DNA of 62,367 bases, filler included, from Collodictyon triciliatum (lineage: Eukaryota): the NCBI GenBank assembly GCA_043381765.1. It is 7 parts of 6 records of this genome, joined end to end, with 100 filler letters (N's around TTAATTAATTAA, not from the genome) between each part and the next. Parts side by side here need not be neighbours in the genome. Positions count along the whole stretch, not along the records: positions 39,632 to 48,011 come from JBHJMP010002789.1; positions 48,112 to 58,231 come from JBHJMP010002789.1; positions 58,332 to 62,367 come from JBHJMP010002832.1; 4 more parts are not named here. One strand, written 5' to 3'. The notes beneath the pieces are model-generated. The model did no database searches. It was given only the letters and a program-made list of their open reading frames with translations, and was not told the DNA's origin. Shown here piece by piece: positions 47,976 to 60,271 of this stretch. The position numbers and the translations under genes were made by a program. Each line of letters opens with the position of its first letter. Positions within the stretch are counted from its first letter, which is position 1.

Positions 47976-48011
47976 ATGGAACCGATTACAATAATCTCAT
48001 TACTTATGACT
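47976..48011 (+). CDS. Start of next viral gene (MEPITIISLLMT...), cut by contig end
   Basis: ATG 16 bp after the MCP stop, preceded by TTTATATAAGTA; frame open to the spacer; hydrophobic start. Confidence 0.5.
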
Positions 48012-48299
48012 NNNNNNNNNNNNNNNNNNNNNNNNNNNNNNNNNNNNNNNNNNNNTTAATTAATTAANNNNNNNNNNNNNNNNNNNNNNNNNNNNNNNNN
48101 NNNNNNNNNNNAAATTTTTTCACTTTCAAAAAAAAAAAAAAAAAGGACCAAAATAGCACATTTACATAATGTATTCTCATTAACAAACATTCCCAGAAAA
48201 ATGTAAAATTATATCAAAAATATGTTAATCGGCTAGTATAATCTATCCAATTATAAGCGGAAATAAGCTTATCAAAAAAATTTGAACCAACCACAGCTG

Positions 48300-50502
48300 C
48301 AATTCCAGGCCCAGCGAGAGTGTCAGCAACATCATCGATTTTCAACAGAGTCTTTATCTTTGTAGCATGGAAGCAAATATAGCCAGATGCACAGGAAAAC
48401 GCCAAAGATGAAGCAGGTTGAACAAATCCAGATGCTGGAGTGATGCACACCAATCCAGCAAGTGCACCTGCTCAAACAAATACAGAGATAAGTGTCAGAC
48501 AGATCACAAAGGATAATGTAACGTGTAAATTAACATCCAGCCACCTGCACAAAAACCAACCGTGGTGAACTTTCTTGTTTGTCTATATTCAACTGATGCC
48601 CACACCAAGGCGCCCGAGGATGCAGCGAGTAGAGTGAGCAAACATGCGTTCCCAGCTCTTGCATTTGCCCCAAGAGCAGAACCTCCTGGCAAAAAAAAAA
48701 AAAAAAGTGATATCGTATCGAATATGTAATTACACAATTTTTCGCTTAAGTGTTCAAAAGAGTAGAGGGGGACCCTCATTTTGCTGTGGTAAGAAGCTTT
48801 TAAAACAAATGTCCCTGATGACGATGAATTATTATTCAATATTATGCAAAAGGAAAAGTAGAAATTGCCTCAGAAATATAAATTCTTTTTCTTATGCTAC
48901 TATATCTTTCAATTTTTGGGACAAAATTTTTTTTTCTCGAAAGAGGAATTACCGTTGAATCCAAACCAGCCAAACCACATTATCACGGTTCCAAAGATGA
49001 CAAAAGTGATGTTGTGAGGCTTTGTGTATGCTTTTCTGTGTCCGACAAAGCTTGCAAATACAATACCAGAAAATCCTGATGTAATGTGGACAGGCGTCCC
49101 TCCAGCGTAGTCGAGGGCTCCCATATCTGAAAGGAGTCATCGTATAGGTAAAGAACAACTCAGTAGGATACAAATAATAACTCGTAAAGTTTATATGATG
49201 TTAAGAGCCCACTTCGAAACCAGCCGCCGGGGCCGAGTGTCCAGTATGCAACGACGTCGTATACCAAAGTTGACCAAATGAATATAAAAACACAGAACGG
49301 TACGTATCGAACTCGTTCCATGCCTCCCCCAAAAGCTGTGGCTGCATTACCAGTTGCAAAGACACTAGCAGTATTAGAACGATTTTTTAAAACTCAACCA
49401 TAAGGATGTCAAATCATTACATGTGCCCGAATGTTAGAAATAAAGAGGGAAATAAGTATATATCTTCACTCAAAAAAATTAATAAACCATTGGTACAACA
49501 TGAATACAACATGTGGTATATGTGGCGCAATAGGATGTGGAGGGCTTTCCACCACATCGTTCAATCCGGCCCATTCTACACAGTGTAAGATGAATGATGA
49601 TGATGCTCACAGAGTGGTGATTCTGTGCTATCTTGAATTAGCAAACGTGATTTATGTCCCATTTTGATGATGTATTAGCTTAGAGTCACTAGATAAGAAC
49701 TTGCGTAGGTCGCCGAAAAAACGGCCTCCAGAGGTTGAAAATGAAAGAGAGTACCCGCATATGAACCACTTGTTGATATTTTTATATTTGGTATGGGTTT
49801 ACTAATTCATTACTTTTTTTTTTAGTTTATTCCTCTTCTTCTTTTTTATGCAAGTTGAAAAAGGAATTCATCTGAGAAGTTGCTGGAACTCCATACTTGA
49901 ATGCTTATGACGCACACGCTCAGCAGGGAGCCAAGTAAGACAGATAGAACATTTTTTTCTCCGGCAAGACCACCATAAAAGAATCCCACCCCCGGAGCCT
50001 ATTAAGTCAGATTAATCCGTCAATCTGCCGATTGGTAGATAAATAACAAATCAACAGCATATTAGCTATATGGTAGACATATCAATAAAATGAAGATAAA
50101 TAAATAAAGATGAAGAGGGGCTACAATCATCTTTTCATATGTGCTCTATGTTATTAAATGCCTCTAATATTATTCGCCGTTCAGAATACTTTCATCTATT
50201 TATCTTCAAGGCAACATATTCACGCACACAAAAATACATAAGAGGTTATTCCACTAAATTGAGTATTAAAAAAAAAAAAAGGCTAACCATTATCATCACC
50301 AGTGCGGTGGAAGTCTGCACCAACGTGAAAAAGGGAGAGAAAGAGATAGGCAGGTTAATAGCGATAATAGAACAAAAAAAAATGTATAATTAGCGTATTT
50401 TAAGAGACAGAACACAAAGACAGAAAGCTGCCTTGGCTTGGGAGTAGGGCGCATCAAACTTACCAACACCCACGCAGTATCTCCAGAGTCGATCGCGTCC
50501 AT
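48300..50502 (-). CDS. amt: Ammonium transporter (Amt/Mep family), multi-exon, 3'-partial
   Basis: MDAIDSGDTAWVL, PGVGFFYGGL..KNVL, GYSLSF, ERVRY..IWSTLVYD, GALDYAGGTPVHITSG, PHN..WFGWFGFNG|GSA, AGLVCITPASGFV, KIDD. Confidence 0.93.
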
Positions 50503-51080
50503 CCCGGCGTTTATGCTTTTGGCTACCTTTTTGTCTTCGCAGGTAAAGAAGAAAAGCAAAAGTTCTTACTGTTGCTTCGTTTTGTTCACAGAGGCCCAAA
50601 CACGCGAGTGGCTTCGAGGCTTCTCTTGGGGCGGGCAATAACAGCAGCACTGGTGTTCAATAAATGCTCTGTCCAGTGCGAAATGGAGGAAAGAAACTCA
50701 GCGTTGACACCCCACAAGCCTGCGATTCACGCCCACGAGAGGGAAGCACGAGGCAGACATCTTCGCGAGAGTCCGTGTTGTGGTTGTGGGTCGTATGATA
50801 CTCAGTCAAGCGTCTCTCTTTTCGCCTCGAGTGGCGGCGGTATTGTGGTTTCCTAGCCAAATAACTTTTTCCTGTTTTGTTTTGTTTTGTTTTGTTTTGT
50901 TTTGTTTTGTTTTGTTTTGTTTTTGGTTCGTTTTATTCTGGTTTTTCTCGGGCATCGGGGGTGTGCAGGGTTTTTTTTATAAAAAAGAAAAACTTTTTCC
51001 ATTGTTTTTCTCGTTTTTTTTTTATTATCCATTTTCTCTCTTTTTGATGCCGAGTTATCGATTCAACTCTTGGGCTTTAA

Positions 51081-54000
51081 TTAAGATGATGAATGGCATC
51101 TCAATAAGTCCAATGCTTGTTTCTCCTGCAGTATGCGAAATGCCCTTTCGATTTCAGTCAATGAGACATTACACCTTTCGAGCGTGGCTGGTTGGTCGAG
51201 CAAAGACAAGGTTTTCCCGTCCAACCTCATCGATCTCACCTTCTTCAATATCAATTGGGACTGTTGGTCACTTTGCGAAGTCAAATACTCTTGGATTCTT
51301 CCTGTCGTTGACTCCAGAAGTTGTGCACATTTGGGGCTTCTCATCAATGCTGACAACATCTCTGCTTCGCTGTGGCTGATATGATAGTGGTATGTGATGC
51401 CGTTAATGTCGAGTCTGTCCTGAATTTCACAAACTCTTTCCCAACTTTCCGTTTCCATTTTCTTCGCCAAGTTTTTGCAATCATGGTCCACAAGAAACTC
51501 GATGAATTCACCGTGGAACATGTCACCTAATTGTGAATATTGGATAGGTAGTTCTTCTGTAGCCTCTAAAAACTTTGAGGGACGCGTCGCTATGTTTCTC
51601 AAGCCCTGAAAGATTTTTGTTGCAGAATCGTACAAACCCTGAGTTGGTGCTCTACGCACTTGTTGGGTAATAAAGCTTTCAATTCTTTTCAAATCAGGCC
51701 TCAATTTATAGTTCTGCCTCCAGCTGGCTTTGATAAGGTGTTGCATTTCGGGTGGCGTTGAAGGCGGTATATCAGGCCTCAGTCCCCGTATGACAAAACT
51801 CTGAGGATATGCCTCATTTAGAAACGGTTCTTTTCTTGAGTACATGTACCAAACAAGTAATCCGAATGCATAGACAGTGCTAGGTTCTCCTCTGTGCCCG
51901 ATGTTAACTTCATCGTCTCCATACATACTGTAATCATCATCATAGTGGGGTTTGCAGGCAACAGCGACAATTTCTGGAGCCTGCCAATTCTTTGTGCCCC
52001 CATGTTTTAATTCTCCAAATCGTGTGGGTAAGTTACTCCCGACCTTCTCCTTACTACGCTTGCTAGCAATCCCAAAGTCCACAATTTTTGCAACCCCCTT
52101 CACAATCATTATGTTTTCCGCCTTTAAGTCTTCGTGGTATATATCTTTTGTTTGAAGATAAAAGAGACCGCGACAAAGCTGAAGAGAATATTGGAGTATT
52201 TGCATGTTGGTTGGCTTCTCTGAATGCTCAGTTTCCATTATTTTCTTGAGAGAAGTACCAGCAAACTCCATCACCATGTAGAAACTGCAATCTCTTCTAT
52301 ACACACCAAAGAGAGAAACAACATTCTCACATTCCTTGCATTCAGATAACAGCTTGCTCTCGATTATAAGGGAATCAATTAATTCTTCGATAGTCACTTG
52401 ACTGGTTGTTTTGATTTTTTGTATCTTAACAACAGCTTCTCTTCCCTGAATATTTTGTGTTTTGTAGACTCTTCCAAAAGCTCCACAAGCGAGGTACTTT
52501 TGAAGCTCGATTGCCTCTGTCATCCAAATATCCTGCAATTTGGTGTCGATGTCTTCCATTTTAATTCCTGGGATAATCGTAAGTGAATAATTTAAGAAAT
52601 GGTAGTACTTTCCGCTTAAAATTTTACAGTTTTAATTTGAATCGAATACAGGAGAAAAAAATTTTTTTTACAATATTTAATTGTAAATACCTTTGAGCTG
52701 GTGAGAATGCGCTCTTTTCTTGATTTTGTGAGATGAAAATATTGCAAGAATTAATTTTTAACTATTTTAAACAATCCTAATAAAAATTCATGTAATATCC
52801 CAAAATAATTTGAATTTGACCATTTACCTTTGTTTTACGATTAGATCCGATAAAATCCTCGTACTTTGTGGCTATATCTGGTAAATTACCATGTTTATTG
52901 TAAGCGAAAATTCGCATGGGTCATCCAAATGTTTATAATTAAAAAAAATATTGGTTTTCTTTTCTTTTACATGTTGAATAATTACCTTCGTCGCGAATTA
53001 TAACTCTTCCTTTGCGTAAATCGTCGATGTCTATTCTATCCTTCTCAGATGTGGATTTGTTAAACAAGCCAACTGATTGTATTGAAATTCTGGACGATTT
53101 AATCTTAGATGGTAACGGCATTGTAGTGTGTATTTCGCTTATGAGTTCAGGGCGAAATCCAAATATTTTGTCCACAATCTCGTTGAAAATATCCACATAA
53201 TTAACTTTCACATTTTCGTCCCCGAGGTAGCTCCTAAGACCAATAAGTACTTTATTGTCTTCTAAAAACTGTACTAGAAGACGAATTTGGTCTCCAACAT
53301 TAAACACGGTGCTCCCTTTTCGCATATTTATCGTAAACTTTATCACCACAAAACCATCTGAAATATCAATATACTCAAGCAAATTTTCCAGCTCATCAAA
53401 TTTTAAGATTATATTAATCGTGTTTGTTATAATGAAACTTTTGTCTTGTGGAAGAAGCTCTTTACCAAAATGAATTTGAGATGAGAATTCGGAGACACAA
53501 TGACTTTCTGCTTCAGGATTCCATACCGCATCCAATGAAACTTTGCTTGCCTTTCCGGTTAAGGAGATGCATTCTTCATTAAAATTGCAACAAAGTCCAA
53601 ACCTTGCTAGCATTTCGATAAGAAAGTCAAAGTTTTCTTTAGAGTAAATCTCATCGTGATATATCTTCAGTTCTGGTCCTGGTGATTTGGATTTAGGAGC
53701 AGAGAAGTTAACTTCAAGCTCTCTATTTAAATATTCCTGTACTTTTGACTTTAGAAATATTTCCGTACAATTTTCTACTTCCTCCTGATTGGTTTCATAT
53801 CTTGACAAAAATCTAAACGAGTCTATTAGAATGTTTGGGTGTAATATAATTTTACTTGAGATTTTTTCGTCATTAAACCAAAACACGTCTCCTAAACTAT
53901 GTAAAATTCCTAGTTCTAATTCCAAAACCCATCTTTCCAACTTTGTATCGGAAGCAAGAAGAGACATTGGGTAAATCATGTTTTCCTTACGTGCTTTGTT

Positions 54001-57000
54001 GATGGCAGCACACACTTTCTCATGTAATAGAGAAAAACATTTCTTGCATATATCTAAGCTCAGTAAAGAATCAGCCACAGTTTTCTTTAATTTTGAAACT
54101 CCTTTTTTCGAAATGTTGCTGATGACCATGCTTTCCTTGTACGTAAATGCATCAGGATATTTGCTCAAGCAGTCATTAATCATTTTTTCAAAGTCTTTTT
54201 CTTTTGCAGGAGGTAGCTCATCTCCGCGCGTTCCAATAACAATCACAGCCGTGTCTTTTGCAAAGTTGCCAATAATTTTAATGTATGACTGAACATTGTG
54301 AAACCAATTACTATCAGTCGCATCATAGATTACTAGGTACAAAACACTCTCAGACAGAAATATAGGGTAGCATGACTGCACTTCTACTTCTCCCGGAAGG
54401 TCCCAGACTTTCGCTATAACCTTTCTCTCCGTAAAATTAGTCTCCAAAACATATTCTTTGATGTATTTTGAAAACAGTGAAGAATGCGAAATTCCTTTCT
54501 CATCAGGCTTCAATTCTATGTGCTCTTCAGAGCCGAATATCGAATGGCAAGTAGTTGTCTTTCCTGAATTTGGTACCCCAAGCAATATTACTCTCCCAGA
54601 ATCTAAGGGTTTTCCCTTCAAGCCGGCTATACTGGCTAGATTAAGCGCTCCTTTCGAAAGAGGGGTAGGTGAAATTTCAATCAAAGTTTTTGCGTAACCC
54701 ACAAGTTTGTCGTACTGGTCACTCAAAACTTTTGGGATAACACTTGCCAAAGGGTTTCCCTTGATATTGATCTTGATTCTCGGGTTTTTTCCTTTTGATC
54801 TGATATTTTCGTGTGTAAGGTCTGATATCTATTGTTCAAGTCATATCGAAATTAAAAGATATACCACAAATTTTTAATGAGTTGAATGTTAAATCTGCAA
54901 GGGGTTTTTTTTAACATTTTTTTTTTTTACATTTCCATCTTCGAACGATATGTAAGAGAGATTTTCCATATCGGACAGCCACTCAGGAATTGATGTAACC
55001 TTTTCGCATTGAAGAGTTAGATTTATGCTTGTCTATATAAAACTTTACACTCTGCTCTTGAAATATTTTGATATGTAGATAATATATTACTGGGTTTTTT
55101 GATACATCTATTTCACTCAGGCTAGGGATAGTTTCGAGTACATTGGGAATGCTCTTGAACTAAGTGGATAGCATATTTACTTCCTCAATTTATCATTTTA
55201 TCTCAAATAAAAAGGTTAAAAGCGTGCATTGGTCAAACCTGATTCTCACTGATATCCAAATTGTGCAAGTGCTTCAGCTCCTGCATTTCGGTGGGGAGTC
55301 TTGAAAACTATGATTTAAGGAAAAGATAATTTAGCTTTCGCTTACAAAATATTTGTGATATGTTTTGAGTGGTTTGTTCTGGTGATTACTTTGTTTTTCT
55401 TCAAGTTCAATCCAACCAAGTTCGTGATTCGTCTTATGGGAATAGTCAACATATCGAGAGCCTTTCCCGAACACACAACGTCTTTAAGGCTAAATAATTG
55501 ACTTGCATGATCAAGTTTCTTGCCTGATATGAACTCCACACCCGCACTTTTGACGAAAGCTACATTTATGGTCATAAATCTTGTAACCAATTTTATTTTA
55601 ACAAATACCACTGCAGTCGATATGAAGAGTATGATTTGTATTTGGAATGTTAAGAGGCCTTACTGGGATCTTTTGCGATGTTTTTCTCGAAATCTTTCGT
55701 CATAACATCATACTTTTTCTGATTTTGTGGAGTTAGATTTGAATTATATTTGTAAATTTTGTACAGTGTTCTTTCTAATTATCGAATGAAATAGTGGCCA
55801 AGGCGAATATTATAGAAGTTTACATCGTATTCCTTTTGCTGCTGTGCTTCATCTTCGCGGCTCTTTTCGTCTACCTGAGTTAAGATTTCGTCTATCAGTT
55901 GTTGTTTTTTTTTGGGATATGATAAAAAGATGTGAAACTTATCCGAGCATATATTATTGACTTACGTCTTCAAAGAGTCTAATTTTTCCGTTCCATCTAC
56001 TTTTCCAGAAAGGCATGGTTGTAATGCTTTTGAAAGCAGATTCTACTGTAATTTGTCCTCCTTTTTCGAGATTTAGAGAATTCATTCCTCTCATGTTTGT
56101 AATATCTTCAGGCAGGGTGCTTATCTGGTGAAAATTTGAGGAGTTTTGGGTTTAAAATTATCCATGAAAAATGGTGCCTCTAACGTTTTCTTGGTATTAT
56201 TACTCTAACCGCTTATATTATGATGTTACAACATGTGTGGGTGTACTATGTAAATAACATTTCTACTTACAGGATTGTCCCCTATATTCAATGTGGCTAT
56301 CCCAACCATGTTTAGCAGTACGTCGGGAAAAATATTCAATTTGTTTCCTTCCAGATGTAAATCTCGGAGTCCGTGAGCACTATTGAGACTGCCCGCCAAA
56401 CTGGCAATATAATTTTGGTCCAGTTTCAAACATGAAATGTTTTTGAGTGCAGCAATGTCCGACGGAATCGATTGGATTTTGTTTTTTTCAAATAAGACGT
56501 TTTTGAGTTTTGTTAATTTGAACATCTCATATGGGAAGGTCTTGAAATTATTCTGAGAGCAATTAAGAGTCTCTAATTTTGAAAGAAGTGACATCCCTGA
56601 CGTGAGAGATTCAAGGTTGTTATTAGAGATATCTAGTTCCAAAATCTTGGTCAATAGTGAAATTTGGGGTGAAAGGGAGCTCATATTTCTCCCTGCCATT
56701 TTAAGGTATGTGCATTCTATAAGGAGGTCGCCCTCTGGTCTCCAAGTTGGATTCAAGGCTTCGATATCTTCGAGTCCCTTTTCGAAATATTACAGTCAAA
56801 GGATTAATTCTTACTTTCAATACTTTTGGTTATATTAGCGGGGGAATAGGTTATGGAAATGGTCATTCTCTTACAGGTTCAAAAAGTGTCAATCGGCGCA
56901 GAGCTGAGCTGATATCAAGAGACATTCCATTAACATTTTCAGGCTTTCCGTTGAAATTCCAGCAAGGTAGCTTTATGATTCCTCTGTAACAAGTCTTTAT

Positions 57001-57774
57001 TCGTATTCTTCCTTCGTGCTCAACCTTGAGAGCCTTCAGGTATCTCAGTCTTGTTATTAATGGAGGAATAAGCTCGATCTGAACGTATGAGTCTGAATTA
57101 GTCATATTTGAAGGGGAAAATGCGTAATGGCATTGAGAAATCAAAGACACTTACGGGATTTTCTGCAATAGTCAGCAGACGCAGGTTATCCAGGTTGAAT
57201 AGCACCGTGGGAAACGATGTGAGTTGATTTATACTCAAAAAAAGACACTCAAGGCCAGTTAGTGCGGAGAATCCTTGCGGGAGTTCTCTTATTTGATTGC
57301 TATTGAGGTCTAATTTCTTCAAATATTGTAGAAGAAATACCCCACGTGGCACGGACTATAGCCCTTTTCCGCCCAAATAGAGTTCAGAGCAGAGAACTAG
57401 CGACGTATTCTCAGGAACAACTTTGGGACCAAGCCTCTTGATTTCTTGGATGGCTTCATCAGACATGTCTGGGGCTTCAGGGGCTTCAGGGGCTTCTAGG
57501 GTGGCTTTCGTGAGGTTGCTTTTTTTTTTTCGATCCTCTCCTGCTCTGTTGGAACGGTATGGTCACTTTTCGGTGTGTTTGGGATCTTTTTGGCTTCTGT
57601 GCGAGGGATACCATCTTCTGTGAAAATTGTCTCTCTTGCAGAGCCAAGTGTTTTATGCGAAGCTTTCAGGGTTCTATTTCCACGGTACTTTATATGTGGT
57701 CTATCTATGATAAAATGAGCATTCCTTTTCCACGGTACTTTTGGCTTCGTTGCAGAACTTACATATTTATGCAA
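51081..57774 (-). CDS. Roco protein: LRR-Roc GTPase-COR-TKL kinase-SAM-like, multi-exon; 5' part carries a frameshift and an in-frame TAG
   Basis: LRR exons ~54900-57470; Roc motifs GVPNSGKTT, WDLPG, IGTRGD; COR-like LHSLGDVFWF..IILHP; in-frame splice path via 52828-52877 and 52691-52718 into the kinase (GAFGRVYK, VVK, HEDLKAEN, DFG, APE); C-terminal RLDGKTLSLL SAM-like segment. Confidence 0.72.
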
Positions 57775-58581
57775 ATAATCATATAATAATTTATTCGTAT
57801 AAATTTAGATATTAATACATAATCGGATAAAGATGAATTTAATATACAATACTATATATTCCACAATTAGATTTGTAATGTTTTGGACGGCTTCGTGCAA
57901 ACGGTATTACCGTTCCCTTTTTTTTTTTACTGATTAATGTATGATTAATTTATATATTGTTTCTTTTCAACAATTTATTGAGAGAAAACAAAGGCCGAGG
58001 AAACCGCCTTCGCCTCTAGGACAAAAATGAGACGTGGACGAGACAGTGGAAAGCCCCGATTGTGTGGTTATGGTTTTTGTGTTTTGGAAAGAAAGAGAAA
58101 GAAAAGAAAAGGAAGAAGAAAAGGAAAAATATAAAGGAGAGAAAGTGTTCTCACACGCAGACTATTCTACCCGAGGTGAATCAGCTCCAACGCGATTTCT
58201 GGTTGTATTCGAGACTGACAGAAGAGCGGATNNNNNNNNNNNNNNNNNNNNNNNNNNNNNNNNNNNNNNNNNNNNTTAATTAATTAANNNNNNNNNNNNN
58301 NNNNNNNNNNNNNNNNNNNNNNNNNNNNNNNTTTTGTTTTTTTGTTTTTTTGTTTTTTTGTTTTTTTGTTTTTTTGTTTTTTTGTTTTTTTGTTTTAATT
58401 GTTCGTATGAGTATTATGGGCTTATGGCGTTAATCGAAAAAAAGAGAAGTTTGTCATTATTTTACATTTATTGAATCACCAAAGGGACAATAAGTAATAC
58501 CGCTTTTTCATCAGCTATTATCCATCCCTTCATTCAACCCAATCTCAAACGAAAGAGTCCAGTACATTTGCTGATGAATGA

Positions 58582-59544
58582 ATGATCGTAGAGCACCTCG
58601 CAAGAAAGACTGTTCGCAGCTTTTTGGATCCAAGTTTGATGGATACATCATTTCATGCGAAGGTGGTGTGTCCTGTTTGTTGGAGTCGCTTTGTCAACGC
58701 AGTTGTGCTCATGTGCGGTCATAGTTACTGCTCGAAATGCATTCCTCCTGATATGAGAGAATGTCCACAATGTCGCACTAGGATAAGTTTTCCTCGGACA
58801 ATCCCAAACTTCCAATTGCATGAGGCTGTTGAAACATTGCAAGAAACCGAAGGACTGTTAGATGAGAAGACGAAGTTGATCAGGCAACAGGAAGGCGACT
58901 TTGCTGTTAAGATGGAAAGACTGAGCGAACAACATCGGAATGAGGTCAAGCAACTCGTTGAGAAACACAATCAAGAGGTGAATACTTTTAGAAACAAGAT
59001 TCGAACAGAGGAGACTGAGAAGAGGAGAATGCTTAGTGACATGGAGGGCCTTTATACAAGTGAGAAAAAACTCACACAAGTCCTCGATGAGAAATCCACC
59101 GAAGTTCGCCTATTAAGAGAGGAACTCACATCACAAAAAAAATCTATCAACGAAAAAGATACAATAATTAACCGTCTAAAAAATGAAAATCATGAGAAAG
59201 ATGCAAGTATGCATAAACTTAGACATGACTCCGAGCTATTAATAAGTGACCTCTCTGAAGAAGTTGCAACTTCGGCCGATACGATTGCATCTCAGAGGCA
59301 GTCCATGGAATCAAAAAGATTAGAAATATCTGGCCTGAAAAGAATGTTATTTGAAAACAACCAGAAGATGGAAAAGGAACGCCTGTTTATGGAAAAGACT
59401 CTAAGAGATGAAAAGGATAATTCGACCACTCTCCAAGAAAAAGTCAAGCGTTTAAGATTAGTGATATTTGCTCTGGCTGGTCTTTTGATAATACTCTTAT
59501 TCATGAGTTATACGGAGACCGTCGAGATGGTCACATATAACTAA
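58582..59544 (+). CDS. C3HC4 RING finger + coiled coil + C-terminal transmembrane anchor (putative E3 ligase), intronless
   Basis: CPVC-x11-CGHSYCSKC-x7-CPQC; long EK-rich heptads; LVIFALAGLLIILLFM near the C-terminus. Confidence 0.88.
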   Translation: MIVEHLARKTVRSFLDPSLMDTSFHAKVVCPVCWSRFVNAVVLMCGHSYCSKCIPPDMRECPQCRTRISFPRTIPNFQLHEAVETLQETEGLLDEKTKLIRQQEGDFAVKMERLSEQHRNEVKQLVEKHNQEVNTFRNKIRTEETEKRRMLSDMEGLYTSEKKLTQVLDEKSTEVRLLREELTSQKKSINEKDTIINRLKNENHEKDASMHKLRHDSELLISDLSEEVATSADTIASQRQSMESKRLEISGLKRMLFENNQKMEKERLFMEKTLRDEKDNSTTLQEKVKRLRLVIFALAGLLIILLFMSYTETVEMVTYN

Positions 59545-59877
59545 ATGATGACGGAAGTTTGATATTACTTGGAGAGGTAAAAGGCACATGACATAAATCT
59601 AACCGGCCTAATGGCTGTCCAATGCGCCGTTCACTCCAGCCAGTATGAAACGATCATTACGTCTCAGTTTACGATCACCTAAAGAATATTTAAACTAAAA
59701 AAATAAATAAATGGAAGAAAATAGTAGCTTGGAAGTGCGATTAAATGACGGTGAGCCAGTCATTTGTAATGCGGCAACTTTAGCTGCGTGACTTCTTCTA
59801 AAAGCTATTCGCATGCGAGGTGAAAGTATTTAACCCTTGAAGAGAGAAAGATAGAAATATGAGGAAGAAATTATTTA

Positions 59878-59879
<2 letters not shown>

Positions 59880-59975
<96 letters not shown>

Positions 59976-60174
59976 NNNNNNNNNNNNNNNNNNNNNNNNN
60001 NNNNNNNNNNNNNNNNNNNNNNNNNNNNNNNNNNNNNNNNNNNNNNNNNNNNNNNNNNNNNNNNNNNNNNNNNNNNNNNNNNNNNNNNNNNNNNNNNNNN
60101 NNNNNNNNNNNNNNNNNNNNNNNNNNNNNNNNNNNNNNNNNNNNNNNNNNNNNNNNNNNNNNNNNNNNNNNNNN

Positions 60175-60270
<96 letters not shown>
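59880..60270. repeat. (TTA)n microsatellite spanning a scaffold gap (N 59976-60174)
   Basis: Perfect trinucleotide array on both sides of the gap. Confidence 0.95.

Positions 60271-60271
<1 letters not shown>

Larger units (their letters stand above)
39632..48011. mobile_element. Polinton-like virus (PLV)-type genome fragment, structural module; both ends truncated
   Basis: Whole contig is intronless with intergenic gaps of only 16-33 bp, unlike the host contigs. Encodes a PLV-type major capsid protein, a fibre-like protein and orphans. No host junction or TIR visible. Confidence 0.85.

Noticed and set aside
57356-57358. TAG reassignment (alternative genetic code)
   Set aside because: A single case; the 492-, 603-, 1108- and 2508-codon frames contain no in-frame TAG and use CAA/CAG for Gln.
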